Source: Octopus sinensis (taxonomy: Eukaryota). Taken from it: a stretch of DNA of 64,000 nucleotides. The first letter of the stretch is position 1. Every line of letters starts with the position of its first letter. This document shows, piece after piece, positions 37,784 through 51,146 of the stretch. The position numbers were made by a program, and so were the translations under genes. Under the pieces are notes generated by a model. That model was not told the origin of the DNA and made no database searches. It saw only the letters and a list, made by a program, of their open reading frames with translations. The stretch spans positions 116,064,001 to 116,128,000 of the forward strand of contig NC_042999.1 of the NCBI RefSeq assembly GCF_006345805.1, given 5' to 3'.

Positions 37784-38127
37784 ACAGAATAGTTGCTATA
37801 ACGATATTTCTGTGTCAACAACTCAGCACTGAATCTATTTGAAAAGTAATGGAAAATAGGTCAGTTTGAAAAGCAAAGTTTGAAGGGAATAATAGTCATT
37901 TCCTTTGATTTCTAGATAGAAGCAAATAGGAAATAACTCTTACTGGCCCAAGACAAAAATAATAATAAAAGAAAATTTAGTTTTGCAATGTTATCCTTAT
38001 GGCTGACATAAAGACATCACTACATTCTTGCTTAATTTGCCAGAAATATTTACCAAATCCTCCTCGTATCATACTCGATCTACTTAAAAAATGGCATGGT
38101 TACAGGGGATTGTTTGTCTTATCCTTT

Positions 38128-38363
38128 TTAACCCTTCTGTTACCATATTTCTGTTGAAATACACTGCTTTTGTTTCAGTTAATTCGGAATGTACCGAAGC
38201 ATTTAGTAAAATATCTTTGTCATTTAATAAACTGGTGTTTGGAACAAAACATTAAAATGGAATTTTGATGGAATTTTTAAAATTTAAATCACTTTAATAT
38301 AGGAAGCTGCTTGTAACATTGAACTAGGGTCAGTTTTAAGTGGGTTGGTATCAAAAGGGTCAA
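38128..38363. mobile_element. piggyBac-like MITE related to family 2
   Basis: ttaacccttctgttacc...ttggtatcaaaagggtcaa. A related copy lies at about 62340-62560. Confidence 0.7.
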
Positions 38364-38490
38364 GGCATTGGATTTAAGGGAGATTTGGCTGCTGTTTCTA
38401 TCAAGTTTGCTGTTTCTCATTTGCCTTGACCATATACAGTTATATAACAATGTAAAGTGTTGAGAGAGAGAGAGAGATGTTTATATATGC

Positions 38491-38606
<116 letters not shown>

Positions 38607-40252
38607 AAATGTATGTAGTGATGTTGTATGCAGCACCAGCTTGATCATTATACCGCATCTGCTGATCTGTGCACTTTTTACTACATGCCCAGATGTTAAA
38701 GATCAATATCACCAACATAGGCTCTTTCTCTCTCACTCTTCCATGCAAAACAAATTCTCTCTCCCCTCCTCTCTCTCTCCTTCTCATTGAGGGAATCAGA
38801 TGAATCTCTTATAGAAGGAACATGCTGATCTTATATTACCAAAAATAATTTGTTTTGCAAATTTTAATATTTTAACTTTTTATTTTTCAGTAATTCAATA
38901 TTATTATATTTATTATTTTTTTTTAATGTTTACTGTATTTTGAGCGAGGTTCTTCCTGTATAACTGTTAATGTGTGTGTGTGTGTATATGTGTATGTATG
39001 TATATGTGTGTATGTGTGTGCTCATCTGCATTATATTACTAGTCATGCTTCTCCTTACCTATTAACAAAGAAATACTTAAAATGGTTGTATGCAAATACA
39101 TACATACACACATACATACATGTGTGTGTGTGTGTTTGTGTAATATATATGTGAGTATATTATGTTTGTACATATGTTCGAGTGTATGAGAACATTTCTA
39201 GATTTTTTTTCTTTAAATTTATTAAACACCAGTCCCACCTGAAATTGAACTCCTTGTGTTCTGTTTAATTTACTTTGTGGTATTTTGTTAAAGTTATACT
39301 GATGGTTGATATATACATACACACACACACACATACATATATATCTGAAACAGTACGTACAAGTCCAATCCAAATGCTGCTTTCTGTTAGCTGTGTGGTT
39401 AAGAAGTTTGCTTGTTAATCGCATTGCTTTGGGTTCAGTCACAGTACTTTGGGAAAAGGTCTTCTGCTCTAGCTCCGAGGTAATCCATATCTTGTAAATT
39501 ACAAACTGTACAAAGTTCATTGTGTGTTTGAGTGCATATCTTTGTGTACCAGTGTTTACTTCTAGTGCACTTTGCATGCAAAAGCACTGAGCCATAAGTG
39601 ATGAAGACACTTATAATTTCCCCGTCATTAAATTTTCTGCTGACTCTGTGCTTTTGAAGATGTGCGGAATAAGCAATTCTTTACTTGTCAAACAAGTACA
39701 GGTTGGCAACAAAAAATGTATCTCATAAGATAATGCCTCAATAATATATACTCATCTAACTCATACTAGTATGGAAAAACAGATAGGCTCTTTCTCTCTC
39801 ACTCTTCCATGCAAAACACATTCTCTCTCTCTCTCCCTCTCGTTCTCATTGAGGAAATTAGAGGAATCTCTTATAGAAGAAACATGCTGATCTTATATTA
39901 CCAAAAATAAATGAGTGAAAATATATATATTTTCCTTTCATCTTTGTGGGGTCAACAAAATAAACTAGTAGTTATACATCAGGGTGAATTTAATCAATTA
40001 ACCTCTCTCTCTCTCTTTCACAGCATTTATAGGGTGTTAAGCACTTACAGCATGCAAATTAGGGACTCCTTCATAGAGTAACTGCGGCATTTGTTGAGCA
40101 TATAACAGTTTGGCTGCTTGCTTCTTTGGAGACTGTCAGAATGATGTAGACACCTAATGAGAAACCAATAAGGTTCGAAAATTGATTAAGGTTGTTCATA
40201 ATTTTTTCAGTCTGCAGAGAGATGGCTAAAATTTATAATTATACCATATGTT

Positions 40253-40306
<54 letters not shown>

Positions 40307-40307
<1 letters not shown>

Positions 40308-40690
40308 CATCATTGTTTAATGTCTGCTTTCCATGCTGGCATGGGTTGGGATGGTTTTACTGGGGACTGGTGAGCCAGATGGCTGCACCAGGCTCCAATC
40401 TGATCTGGCAGAGTTTCTACATCTGGATGCCCTTCCTAACACCAACCATTCCTAGAGTGTAGTGGGTGCTTTTACATACCACTGGCATGAGGGCCAGTCT
40501 GGCGGTACTGGCAACAGCCACGCTCAAATGATGTTTTTACGTGTCACCTGCACAGGAGCCAGTCCAGCAGCACTGGAAATGCACTCGCTCAAATGTTGTT
40601 TTTCACCTACCACCGGCACAAGTGCCAGTAAGGTGATGCTGGTAACGATCAAGCTCGAATGGTGCTTCTTACATGCCACTGGCATGGGGG
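40307..40690 (-). mobile_element. Family C RTE-tailed element with 4 internal units
   Basis: Reverse copy; an oppositely oriented tail follows at 40730-40772. Confidence 0.85.
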
Positions 40691-40731
<41 letters not shown>

Positions 40732-42116
40732 TAGCATGGAAAGCGGACGTTAAATGATGATGATGATGATGATATAGTTTACTGTTCAGTTTAGATGTGA
40801 TCAACAAAAAAAAATGTACTCCATTCACTGAGAAATAAATATTTAATGTACACAGTATCAAGATATGTGTTACAAATAGGTTCTTGCTTTGGATGCATGG
40901 GTCTAGGCAAGTTTTACTAACATGCCTTGTGTCTCCAAGCAATCTTTTAGCTCTGAGCACATGGTCTTTTCAGTTTGCAAATCAGGATGCTGGTACAAGT
41001 GAAAACACAAGAAAAGAAAACATGAAGGTCGATGCAAAAAGTGGAAGGGTAAATAAAAACAGAAAATTAAAGAATAGATCAGAAAATTAGGGCTATGTCC
41101 CCTTTGACCATAAAGCCATAAGTAAAGTAGTTTTTGTAGAATTATTAAATGGAGAGTGAGTGCAAAGTCTGTGAGACAGCTGCCCAATCTGGAGAGAGTG
41201 GTGTCCTCCAGTTCACCAAAGGAAATTTGTTCATATGTTTGCATTTGCTGAAAATTTCAGATCTGCAATTCAGTAGTGTGGTGAAATTCATAGATCTAAA
41301 AAGACTAGGCAAGATTATTTATACCAGCCTCCCTTCTTTATGATGTTATCCAAGGCAAAGGCTGATACAGTGATGTTGCACCTCATTTCTACAGTTGAGT
41401 GAACTGGAACAATGTGAAATAAAGTGGTTTGCTCAGAACACAACACAGCCTGACCTGGGAATTGAATTCATTATCTTATGATTGGGAGCCCGATGCTCTA
41501 GCCACTTAGCCAAGCACCTTCAATGTATGTGTGTGTGTGTGTATCATCTGCCACTACAGAATTGATAACAGTGCGGGTGCCACATAAAAAGCACCCAGTA
41601 TGCTCTGTGAAGTGGTTGACATTGACATTAGAAAGGGCAGCCAGCCATAGAAACTGCTCCAGAACAGACAATGAAGCCTGGTGTGGCCCTGGCCTTACCA
41701 CCTTGTCAAACGGTCCAACCCATGCCAGACAGGAAAGCGGATGTCAAATAATGATAATGATGATGACAATATATATATTTATGTATGTATTCTTTTATTC
41801 TTTTATGTGTTTCAACCAGGTGGCTGTGGTCATGCTGGAGCACTACCATATTATATTCATCATCAGCATCTAACATGCACTTTTCATGCTTACATGGGTC
41901 AGATGGAATTTGTTGAGACAGCTTTTCTACAGCCAGATGCCCTTCCTGCTAATGATATATTCTTATGTCTAAAATTATAACCGAAATATTTAACTCACCC
42001 TAGCACACACAAGATATCCTCCTCCATTGTACTTTTGATGCTTCATTATTGTTTTAGTGAATTTTTTCTCATGATACCCTATGTTTACATATGTCTGCAA
42101 GCATTTGCTTCATAAA

Positions 42117-42781
42117 TTCTACTGTTGGCATTTAATCCAGCCATACCTGGCCCAAATATTCTACTTGCTCCATGTTAAAACTGACCAGATCCAACCTCAC
42201 ACACCTACCTGACAATGTCCTTCTAAAAATATACAAACATGCCTTTGAAATCTTGAAGCTGCATGAAAATGCATGACTAATTCAAAACAATGTGAATAAA
42301 TAGGCGCAGGAGTAGCTGTGTGGTAAGTAGCTTTCTTACCAACCACATGGTTCCAGGTTCAGTCCCACTGAGTGGCACCTTGAGCAAGTGTCTTCTACTA
42401 TAGCCTCAGGATGACCAAAGCCTTGTGAGTGGATTTGGTAGATGGAATCTGAAAGAAGCACATCGTATATATGTGTATGTGTATATATATATATATATAT
42501 ATGTATGTCTGTGTATATGCTTATGTGTTTGTGTTTGTCCCCCTCCCCCCAACATCGCTTGACAACTGATGCTGGTGTGTTTATAACCCTGTAACTTAGC
42601 GGTTCGGCAAAAGAGACCGATAGAATAAGTATTGGGCTTACAAAGAATAAGTCCTGGGATCGATTTGCTCGACTAAAGGTGGTGATCCAGCATGGCCACA
42701 GTCAAATGACTGAAACATGTAAAGAGTAAAGTGTAAATAAGCAACTCATTTGACAGAATAATCTGAATGCCAAAGGGTTAA
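42117..42781. mobile_element. piggyBac-like MITE family 1 interrupted by SINE A
   Basis: The MITE halves rejoin to give tgtgaataaataagca; right end aaagggttaa. Confidence 0.8.
42303..42733 (+). mobile_element. SINE family A, full length, TSD taaata
   Basis: TSD at 42297-42302 and 42734-42739. Confidence 0.9.
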
Positions 42782-44531
42782 AGTGAAACTATCTATGCAG
42801 TCTTCCTCTAAATAAAATCCTTTACAATTACCTTTTTCTCTCCATCCACCCCAGCTACATGGTTCTGAGTTCAGTTCCACTGCTTGACACCTTCGGCAAG
42901 TGTCTTCTATAGCCTTGGGTTGACCAAAGCTTTGTGAGTGGATTTGTAGATGGAAACTGAAAGAAGCCCATTGTATGTATATGTATGTATGTCTCTTCTA
43001 TTTTTTAATCATTATGAATCTTTCACTGGGGGTGGGCAGTTTCCAACAAAGATACAAGGCTCTATCTTTGAGATGTAGTCAACACAGACAAATTCACGTT
43101 TGGAACTTGAGAGAAGTCTTGCATATTTTCACTGTTCCACTCACAAATTGCACTTGTAATATATGAATTAGCTGGTTGACAAGTGGTGAGGGTGTGTTTA
43201 CATCCCTATAACTTAGCAGTTTGGCAAAAGAGACCAATAGAATAAGTACTTGGCTTTAAAAAATAGAAAACAAGTCCTTGGGTTGATTTCTTCGACTAAA
43301 ACCCTTCAAGGCAGTGCCCCAGCACGACCGCAGTCAGATGACTAAAACAAGTTAAAAGGTAATTGATGACTACTTAACACGTGGATCTCTGCAAATAATG
43401 AGACTCCTAGATATTGCTTTCCTTTCTCAGTCACTCCTTATATCTCTCACTACCCCCTCTCTCCCTCCTCTCCCCTTTCTAGTAAGCTGTGATACCTCAT
43501 ATCTCCACCAACTGAAATACATTTCCAACTTCTTAACCATATTCTGCTCTTTAGTTAGTTGATCTAGTATAACTAATTATGTATTCTTTTTTTGTTGTTG
43601 TTTGTTATTCTCGTTCGGCTTTCATTTTTTTTCTTTCAACCTCGTTTGTTTTTGTTTTAAAATATATCTATTTATTCATTGCTACTGCTCCATGTCCGGC
43701 TGTTTCCTTCTCTTCTCTCTCTCTCTCTCTTCTACCTCCCTGTCTCCGTCTTCTATGATTCTTTCCTTCGCTAGGCTGTAACCTGTTAGTTTTGGATGAT
43801 AAATTTAGCTCAGTATCAAATATTGCACTCTATTTCTTGCTTCTTGTCTACTTATATATGTATGAAAGTGTGTGTGTGTGTGTGTGTGTGTGTTATTGAT
43901 GGTGGTGGTATTGGTGCTGATGTTAGTGTAGAAACTGCAATTTACTGTCTTCACTTTTGCCTACCATTGAATTACTTGCAATGTCTCCCTGTTACTCCAC
44001 ACTTTCTGTCCAGTGTACAAACGGGATGTAGGGGGATGAGGGTGTAAAAAGAAGAAACAATTTGGGTTGCTATTACCTCTTTCTTTCTTTCTTTCTTTCT
44101 TTCTATATCTCTCACTTGCCATCTATCTACTGACTTATCCACTCACCCTCCACTTTTCTTGGACGACTTTCTCATTCCCCTTGATTCTCTATGTCTCCCT
44201 TCAAATGACACACTGTTATCCTCTCTCCTTCCCTATACACACGCGTGTGCATACATACACACACACACTAGGTAACCTCCTCCGTAATTACCAGTGTCTC
44301 ATAACAAAAGACATATGAATATCACCAATAATTTTACTTTCAACACTTCATGACAGTTACCGACTCTTTCTGTCACCTCATATTTCTGAAATAAACCCTG
44401 TATATTTGACTCATTTGGTGACGAGTCATTCATTTGATTTATATTTTTTTCTGACACCACACATATATATATATATATATATATGCACATGTATGTATGA
44501 TGATGATGATATATATACATACATACATACA

Positions 44532-44940
44532 CAGGAGTGACTGTGTGGTAAGTAGCTTTCTTACCAACCACATGGTTCTGGGTTCAGTGCCACTGTGTGG
44601 CACCTTGGACATGTGTCTTCTACTGTAGCCTCAGGTTGACCAAAGCCTTGTGAGTTGATTTGGTAGATGCAAACTGAAAGAAGCCCGTTGTATATATATA
44701 TATGCGTGTGTGTGTGGGTGTGTTTGTGTGTGTGTATTATTTGTGTGCCTGTGTTTGTCACCCCCACCATCACTTGACAACTGATGTTGGTGTGTTTACG
44801 TCCCTATAACTTAGCAGTTTGGCAAATGGTACTGTTAGATTATGTACTAGGCTTACAAAGAATAAGTTCTGGGGTCGATTTGTTCGACTAAAGGCAGTGC
44901 TCTAGCATAGCTGCAGTGAAATGACTGAAACAAATAAAAG
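44532..44940 (+). mobile_element. SINE family A, full length
   Basis: Matches the consensus of the other copies. Confidence 0.9.
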
Positions 44941-45037
44941 AATGTATGTATGTGAAGGCGCATGGCTCAGGGGTTAGAGTATTGGACTCACAATCATGAG
45001 GCTGTGAGTCTGATTCCTGGACCGAGCTGTGCTTGAG

Positions 45038-45200
45038 CAGAACTGCTGAAGCATGGATAAACTATCTGCACCAGTCATTAGCAGTTGAGATACTACATCC
45101 TTCAAAACTTCCATGCTTCATGAAACTTGCCAATAGTACACCTGATGGTTTTTAAAAATTTTTATTTGCAGTGCACCTGAGCACTGTATACAACAATTTC
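45038..45200 (+). mobile_element. CR1/L2-type LINE 3' end inserted in a SINE
   Basis: RTAEAW..SAPVISS*DTTSFKTSML resembles the WNxLP C-terminus of CR1-group LINEs. Confidence 0.45.
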
Positions 45201-47883
45201 CTGCTCCAGTTCTTTCAGCTGTAGAAATGAGTTGTGACAGCACTGGTGCCAAGCTGTATTTGCCATTGCCATTCCTTTGGACAACATCATTCTCATAGAG
45301 AGGGGAGGCTTGGTATGCATGGGTGACTGCTGGTCTTCCATAAATAACCTTGCCCAGACTTTTTCCATGGAGGGGAGCCTCCATAATTTCTAGGTGCAAT
45401 CCCATGGTCATTCATGACTGAAGGGGGTCTTTAACCCTATATGTATGTATCTATATGTGTGTATTTTATCTTTTACTTCACATAGTATGCACTGCGTGAC
45501 ATTACCTTGATCAGCTGACAACTAGAAATCAAAACCATTTCAGTCACCTTGAGATGGTATTCACTTTCTCCAGCAATACTAAGCAGATGTTCATTTGGAA
45601 GTTCTTGGACTTTATGGCTAACTCTCTGGTATATTCTTTTCTTCTAGAATTATCCATGCAACCATCACATGAAACTGAGTAAAGCAGTCTCAACTCAAAT
45701 TCATTTGCTGAATTTCTCTTTCCAGTTGTCCTCAGTTTTGGTCTTTTACTCAAATTCCTTTGTTATATCCATAATGAATCATTCTCTATTACTCTCTGCA
45801 GTTTGTGAATCACTACTTAGCTTATCAAACTAAGTTCAGTGATAGCCAAGTGAGACATTGGGTATTGAGCTACATACCCAAGTCATCCCTCCTCAACTAA
45901 TAGCACTGTTCAATTGGCATTTCAGAGCCCCTCATATTTTAAGTACTTCTCTTGAACCCACTTGATCTTACCTTTTTGAGGTACCATTAACTCAACATTT
46001 AGAACTTTTGTTACCAATTCAAACTATACTATATGATTCTGTCTGCCTACCACCTTACTCGCTATATTTATACTACAATATCTAATATAACACAATGAGA
46101 CATGTAAATGGTTACACAACACATTAAAAGCACCTGTGCCAGTGATACGTAAGAAATACCCAGTACACCGTGGAGTTTTTGTTTGACTTAAAACACTTCA
46201 AGGTGGTACCCAAGAAAGGCCATAATTGAATGAGTGATAGAATTAAAGACAAAAGATACATATCATCATCATCATCATTTTTTAACTCCAACTTTTGCAT
46301 GCGTGCATGCATGTGTGGAAAAGTGGATATTATCACAGCAGATTTTTCTATGGCCAGATGCTCCCACCTGTTTCTAAGGCTGAACAGGTTTTCATGGAAG
46401 ATTGAAAATGATTGCATGATAGTGATACTCATTTACAATTATCACATAATGTCAAGACAAGGAGATACTAACATGCAATGCATGTGCACAGACACAGACA
46501 GACAGGCACACACATACACACGTAATATATTTAGATGTATGACTGTTCTTTCAGTCTCATTCTACTAAATCCTTTCCGAAGATTTTCTTTGGTCCTGGAC
46601 TATAGTAGAAGGCATTTGGCCAAGATGCCATGCAGTAGGACAGAACTGAAACCAAAGAGTTGAGAAAGAAAACAACTTAAACATGTAAATTTTCACGCTA
46701 CAAATTTTTCGGTAATATGCAAGCATTTGTTATGGTAGTAGAAACTTCTGCACTTCATTCGAAATTTGAATCTTGTGCTTGGAAAATTTATTATAAAACT
46801 TGTAAACCTGGGGTCTTGTAAAACGGGTCCTCATAAAGTGAAGTGGGGAAAAAGATGTTGTGATGTTAATCTTTCCCTAAATGTTATTAATGGTGTAAAT
46901 AATGTGAAAATAACCATAAGAGTATAGAAACACTTAATAAATCATATTAAAATAACCAGTGAATTTTTTTTTTCTTCTTTACTAATTTCAACCTGTTTAC
47001 TGCAGCCATCTTGAAACACCAAAAAAAAACAATATTTTGCAATAAAAAGTAAAAATTTCTACTGACTTTCTTTATCTCACTTTTTCTGTATTTTTATTTT
47101 TTATTGATATTTGCTGACAGAAGCACTTGTGAATTCTTTCTCTTTCTCTCACTCACACATACATAAGCACATAATCACATGGATGATCCTATACATATAT
47201 AACACTCACACAAACGTGTATGTGTACAGACACAATCAAGTTCCATGCAATATGTTCATAGATACAGAAATACATACACACATAACACTATACATGTGCA
47301 CATAGACATGCAGACATTCACACGCAGAAATCTGCTATTTATCAAATATTGTTGTTGTTGTTGCTGTTGTTAAATGATAAGGTATTTCAATTTATTTGCC
47401 CTGTAATTAATATATTTGAATTTGCAAATATAAGGGTTTTCTATAATCTTTCATTGAGACTTTGATCTTAATTTTGGTCTTGGGACTCTCTCCATATCTT
47501 TCTATTTGCTAAATTCCCAGCTCATTTAGCATGTTTTTGGGTAACCAGCAGCTATTTCTTGGCATTAAACAGCATCTAGCTTAAAACCCCTTTGACATTC
47601 CTGCTTAAGTCCTAAATATTTATCTGATAATGTTTGATAAGAAATATTCCTTTAAATTCTCCCAACTGAAATATTTGTTCATTATTGGCCAATATTCATA
47701 TTGATATTCATTTTCTTGCCATTTTGTTTGTTTGTTTATTTCACTATTTCACAAGTGCACGCACATACACACACACACACATTTATGTTATTTCAATTAT
47801 TATTTATATTTTCATTTTATTGCCTGAGTTTATTTGGTTTCCCTCAAAATTGCATGTTCAACTATTTTTATAAGACACAATAT

Positions 47884-47975
47884 ACCCACCCACCCACCCA
47901 CCCACCCACCCATCCATCCATCCATCCATCCATCCATCCATCCATCCATCCATCCATCCATCCATCCATCCATCC

Positions 47976-48020
<45 letters not shown>
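47884..48020. repeat. (CCCA)n(TCCA)n(TCTA)n compound microsatellite
   Basis: Directly visible stepwise motif change. Confidence 0.95.
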
Positions 48021-48021
<1 letters not shown>

Positions 48022-48060
48022 AGATATGTAAATACATACACACACACATATATATATCCA

Positions 48061-48370
48061 TGAAGGCACATGGCTTTATGGTTAGGGCATTCGGCTCATG
48101 ATTGTAAGGTCATGAGTTTAATTCTTGGTGATGCGTTGTGTCCTTGAGCAAGACACTTTATTTCATGTTGCTCCAGTCCACTCAGCTGGCAAAAATGAGT
48201 TGTACCTGTATTTCAAAGGGCCGGCCTTGTCACGCTGAATCTCCCTGAGAACTATGTTAGGGGAACATGTGTCTGTGTATTGCTCAGCCACTTGCACGTT
48301 AATTTCACGAGCAGGCTGTTCCGTTGATCGTATCAGCTGGGACCCTCGTCGTCGTAACCAACGGTGTGCT
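48061..48370 (+). mobile_element. tRNA SINE (head 1 + tail a)
   Basis: CORE-like head joined to the same ttgtacctgtatttcaaagggccggcc..gtcgtaacc tail as 16161-16545. Confidence 0.85.
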
Positions 48371-48392
48371 CCTACTACTACCTATATATATC

Positions 48393-48795
48393 CTTTTATT
48401 CTTTTACTTGTTTTAGTCATTTAACTGTGGCCATGCTGGAGCACTGCCTTAAAGGTTTTTTAGTCGGAGAAATCGACCCCAGAACTTATTCTTTGTAAGC
48501 CTTGTACTTATTCTGTCAGTTACTTTTGCTGAACTGCTAAGTTATGGGGACATAAACACACCAACATTGGTTGTCAAGCAATGAGGGGGGGGGACAAGCA
48601 CAGACACAAAGACTCACGTACATAAATATACACAACGGGTTTCTTTCAGTTTCCGTCTACCAAATCCAGTCACAAAGCTTTGGTCAGCCTGGGGCTATAG
48701 TAGAAGACATTTGCCCAAGGTTTCACTCAATGGGACTGAACCCAGAACCATATGGTTGGGCAGCAAGCATCTTACCACACAGCCATGCCTGTGCC
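48393..48795 (-). mobile_element. SINE family A
   Basis: Full-length reverse copy. Confidence 0.88.
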
Positions 48796-49062
48796 TATAT
48801 ATATTTATATATTTACAAAAGGAAAATATTTTGATAATGGTTTCTGATTTAGGCACAAAGCTAGCAGTTTTTAAGGGGAGGGCATTACTTTAATTTTATT
48901 GGTTCCAGTACTTGACTGGTACCTTATTTTATTAACCTCAAAATGAAAGCATTTCTCTCCTAATATCCATATGATTCTGCCAGCTTTCCACCTTTATCAT
49001 CATCATCATCATCAGGCCTTGCATTCAGACTTTACTACTACTACTACTACTTACAACAGCCA

Positions 49063-49390
49063 TTCATCATCATCATCATCATCGTTTAACGTTTTTTCCA
49101 TGCTAGCATGGGTTGGACGGTCCGACTGGGGTCTGGGAAGCCAGGAGGCTGCACCAGGCCCAGTCTGATCTGGCAGCGTTTCTACGGCTGGATGCCCTTC
49201 CTAACACCAACCACTCCGTGAGTGTAGTGAGTGGTTTTAACATGCCAGGCGAGGCTGGCAACGGCCACGGTTGGTTGGTACTTTTTACGTGCCACCAACA
49301 CGGAGGCCAGTCGGGGCGGCACTGGCAGCAGCCTCATTTGGATGGTTCTTTTACGTGCCACCGGCACTGGTATCACAACTACAATTTCCA
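49063..49390 (-). mobile_element. Family C RTE-tailed element
   Basis: Reverse copy with 3 internal units. Confidence 0.85.
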
Positions 49391-49884
49391 TTTTCCATTG
49401 TGTTTGTATATCAAGTTAAGGCACAAAAACTCCTCTTGTATCAGTCTGACCAGCTGACAACAACAATTTCACTCTTCATAGCAATAGGATAAATTAAATA
49501 GATCAGTGGAAATAAGTCCGTTTAGTTGGCTAATGGCTAACTTTTGCTGTCTTTGTCTTGATTCAGTTTTTTTTCTTTTCACTGTATGTATTTGTTTCTC
49601 TGTTGACTACCTTACATGTGAAGGCCTGTGGCCCAATGGTTAGGATGTTGCACTCACGATTGTTAGGTCATAGGTTCAGTTCCTAAACAGGGTGGTGTGT
49701 TGTGTTCTTGAGCAAAACACTTCACTTCATGTTGCTCCAGTCCAGTCAGCTGTAAGTGGGTAACCTTGTAAGTAATGGATTAGCATGCAAGGGTGAGGTG
49801 GTGACTCAGGAAAGACACTCAAATGGAGGTCTTGCAAGCCTGGTTTTATATTCAGTAATCAAAAGGATGAATAGTACAAACTAT

Positions 49885-50290
49885 AGGCGCAGGAGCGGCT
49901 GTGTGGTAAGTAGCTTGCTAACCAGCCACATGGTTCCGGGTTCAGTCCCACTGCGTGGCATCTTGGGCAAGTGTCTTCTGCTATAGCCCCGGGCCGACCA
50001 ATGCCTTGTGAGTGGATTTGGTAGACGGAAACTGAAAGAAGCCTGTCGTATATATGTATATATATATATGTATGTGTGTGTGTTTGTGTGTCTGTTTGTT
50101 CCCCTAGCATTGCTTGACAACCGATGCTGGTGTGTTTACGTCCCCGTCACTTAGCAGTTCGGCAAAAAGAGACCGATAGAATAAGTACTGGGCTTACAAA
50201 AAGAATAAGTCCGGGGTCGAGTTGCTCAACTAAAGGTGGTGCTCCAGCATGGCCGCAGTCAAATGACTGAAACAAGTAAAAGAGTAAGAG
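49885..50290 (+). mobile_element. SINE family A, young near-consensus copy
   Basis: CpG-rich, with complete head, microsatellite and tail. Confidence 0.92.
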
Positions 50291-50419
50291 TATACAGTGA
50301 ACCCCAACTGGTTGAGATTGGTTGTTCAATCACATCAAAGGATGATGAAAATGATGATGACCTGTAATGACATGTCTCACCTTTTTACTCTCTCACAACC
50401 ACAGTAGTTTCATCCTTGT

Positions 50420-50790
50420 ACTTAGACTTAGCTCCTCTTGTACTGGATATCATAGTCAAAAAGTCTTCTCCATTTGCTTCTTTTGACAACAACTTTTCCT
50501 CCTCCTTCCCATCTGAAATTCAGTTCCTACACACATTTCGACTGTGCTTCTCCAGCTTTTGCATGACCATCTTTTCTGTTTTTTTCTTCCCACTTAGAGA
50601 TAGCCAGTATGATTTTTTTGCGTGTTGGTTATACAGCAAAGTAGAGTTAGTGTTTGCTTGATAACTTCTGCAAAAGTCGTTAATTTGCTCTTTGCGGGAT
50701 TTCTTTATTGATGATTCTGCTCCTGTACTTGATGTTTAAGACTTTTTTTCAGATGTCTTCAATGGAATGGGTTCAACTATTGCAGTATTT
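50420..50790 (-). mobile_element. RTE LINE C-terminal fragment (old)
   Basis: FH*RHLKK-VLNIKYRSRIINKEIPQKSKLTTFAEVIKQ. Confidence 0.6.
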
Positions 50791-51146
50791 TGTCTAATGG
50801 CTGAGGGAATCATAATAGTTGCAGAATCAATAGATATTGTTGACCATATAATAGTATATTATTAGCTTTAGGTTTACAATGTTTTCTAATTTGTCATAGG
50901 ACAACATCATTTCTTTGAAAACCATAATTTTACAAGCATTTATGATATGATATAAATGCAAAAATATTCAATAAATGTTTACCTAATAAAATCATGTTTC
51001 AACCAAGTAACACAATTTGTCAATATTTTGATTTAAAAAGATTAAATAGTAACATTTGGACAGTTATGGGAATTTTGATAACAATCAAATCTCAGGTGGT
51101 TTAGGGTGATTCGGTAATGAAAAGATTAACTCACTCATTTCATTTA

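Noticed and set aside
50140-50195. Twister-like ribozyme in the SINE A 3' half
   Set aside because: A hairpin is present, but the twister pseudoknot nucleotides could not be matched.
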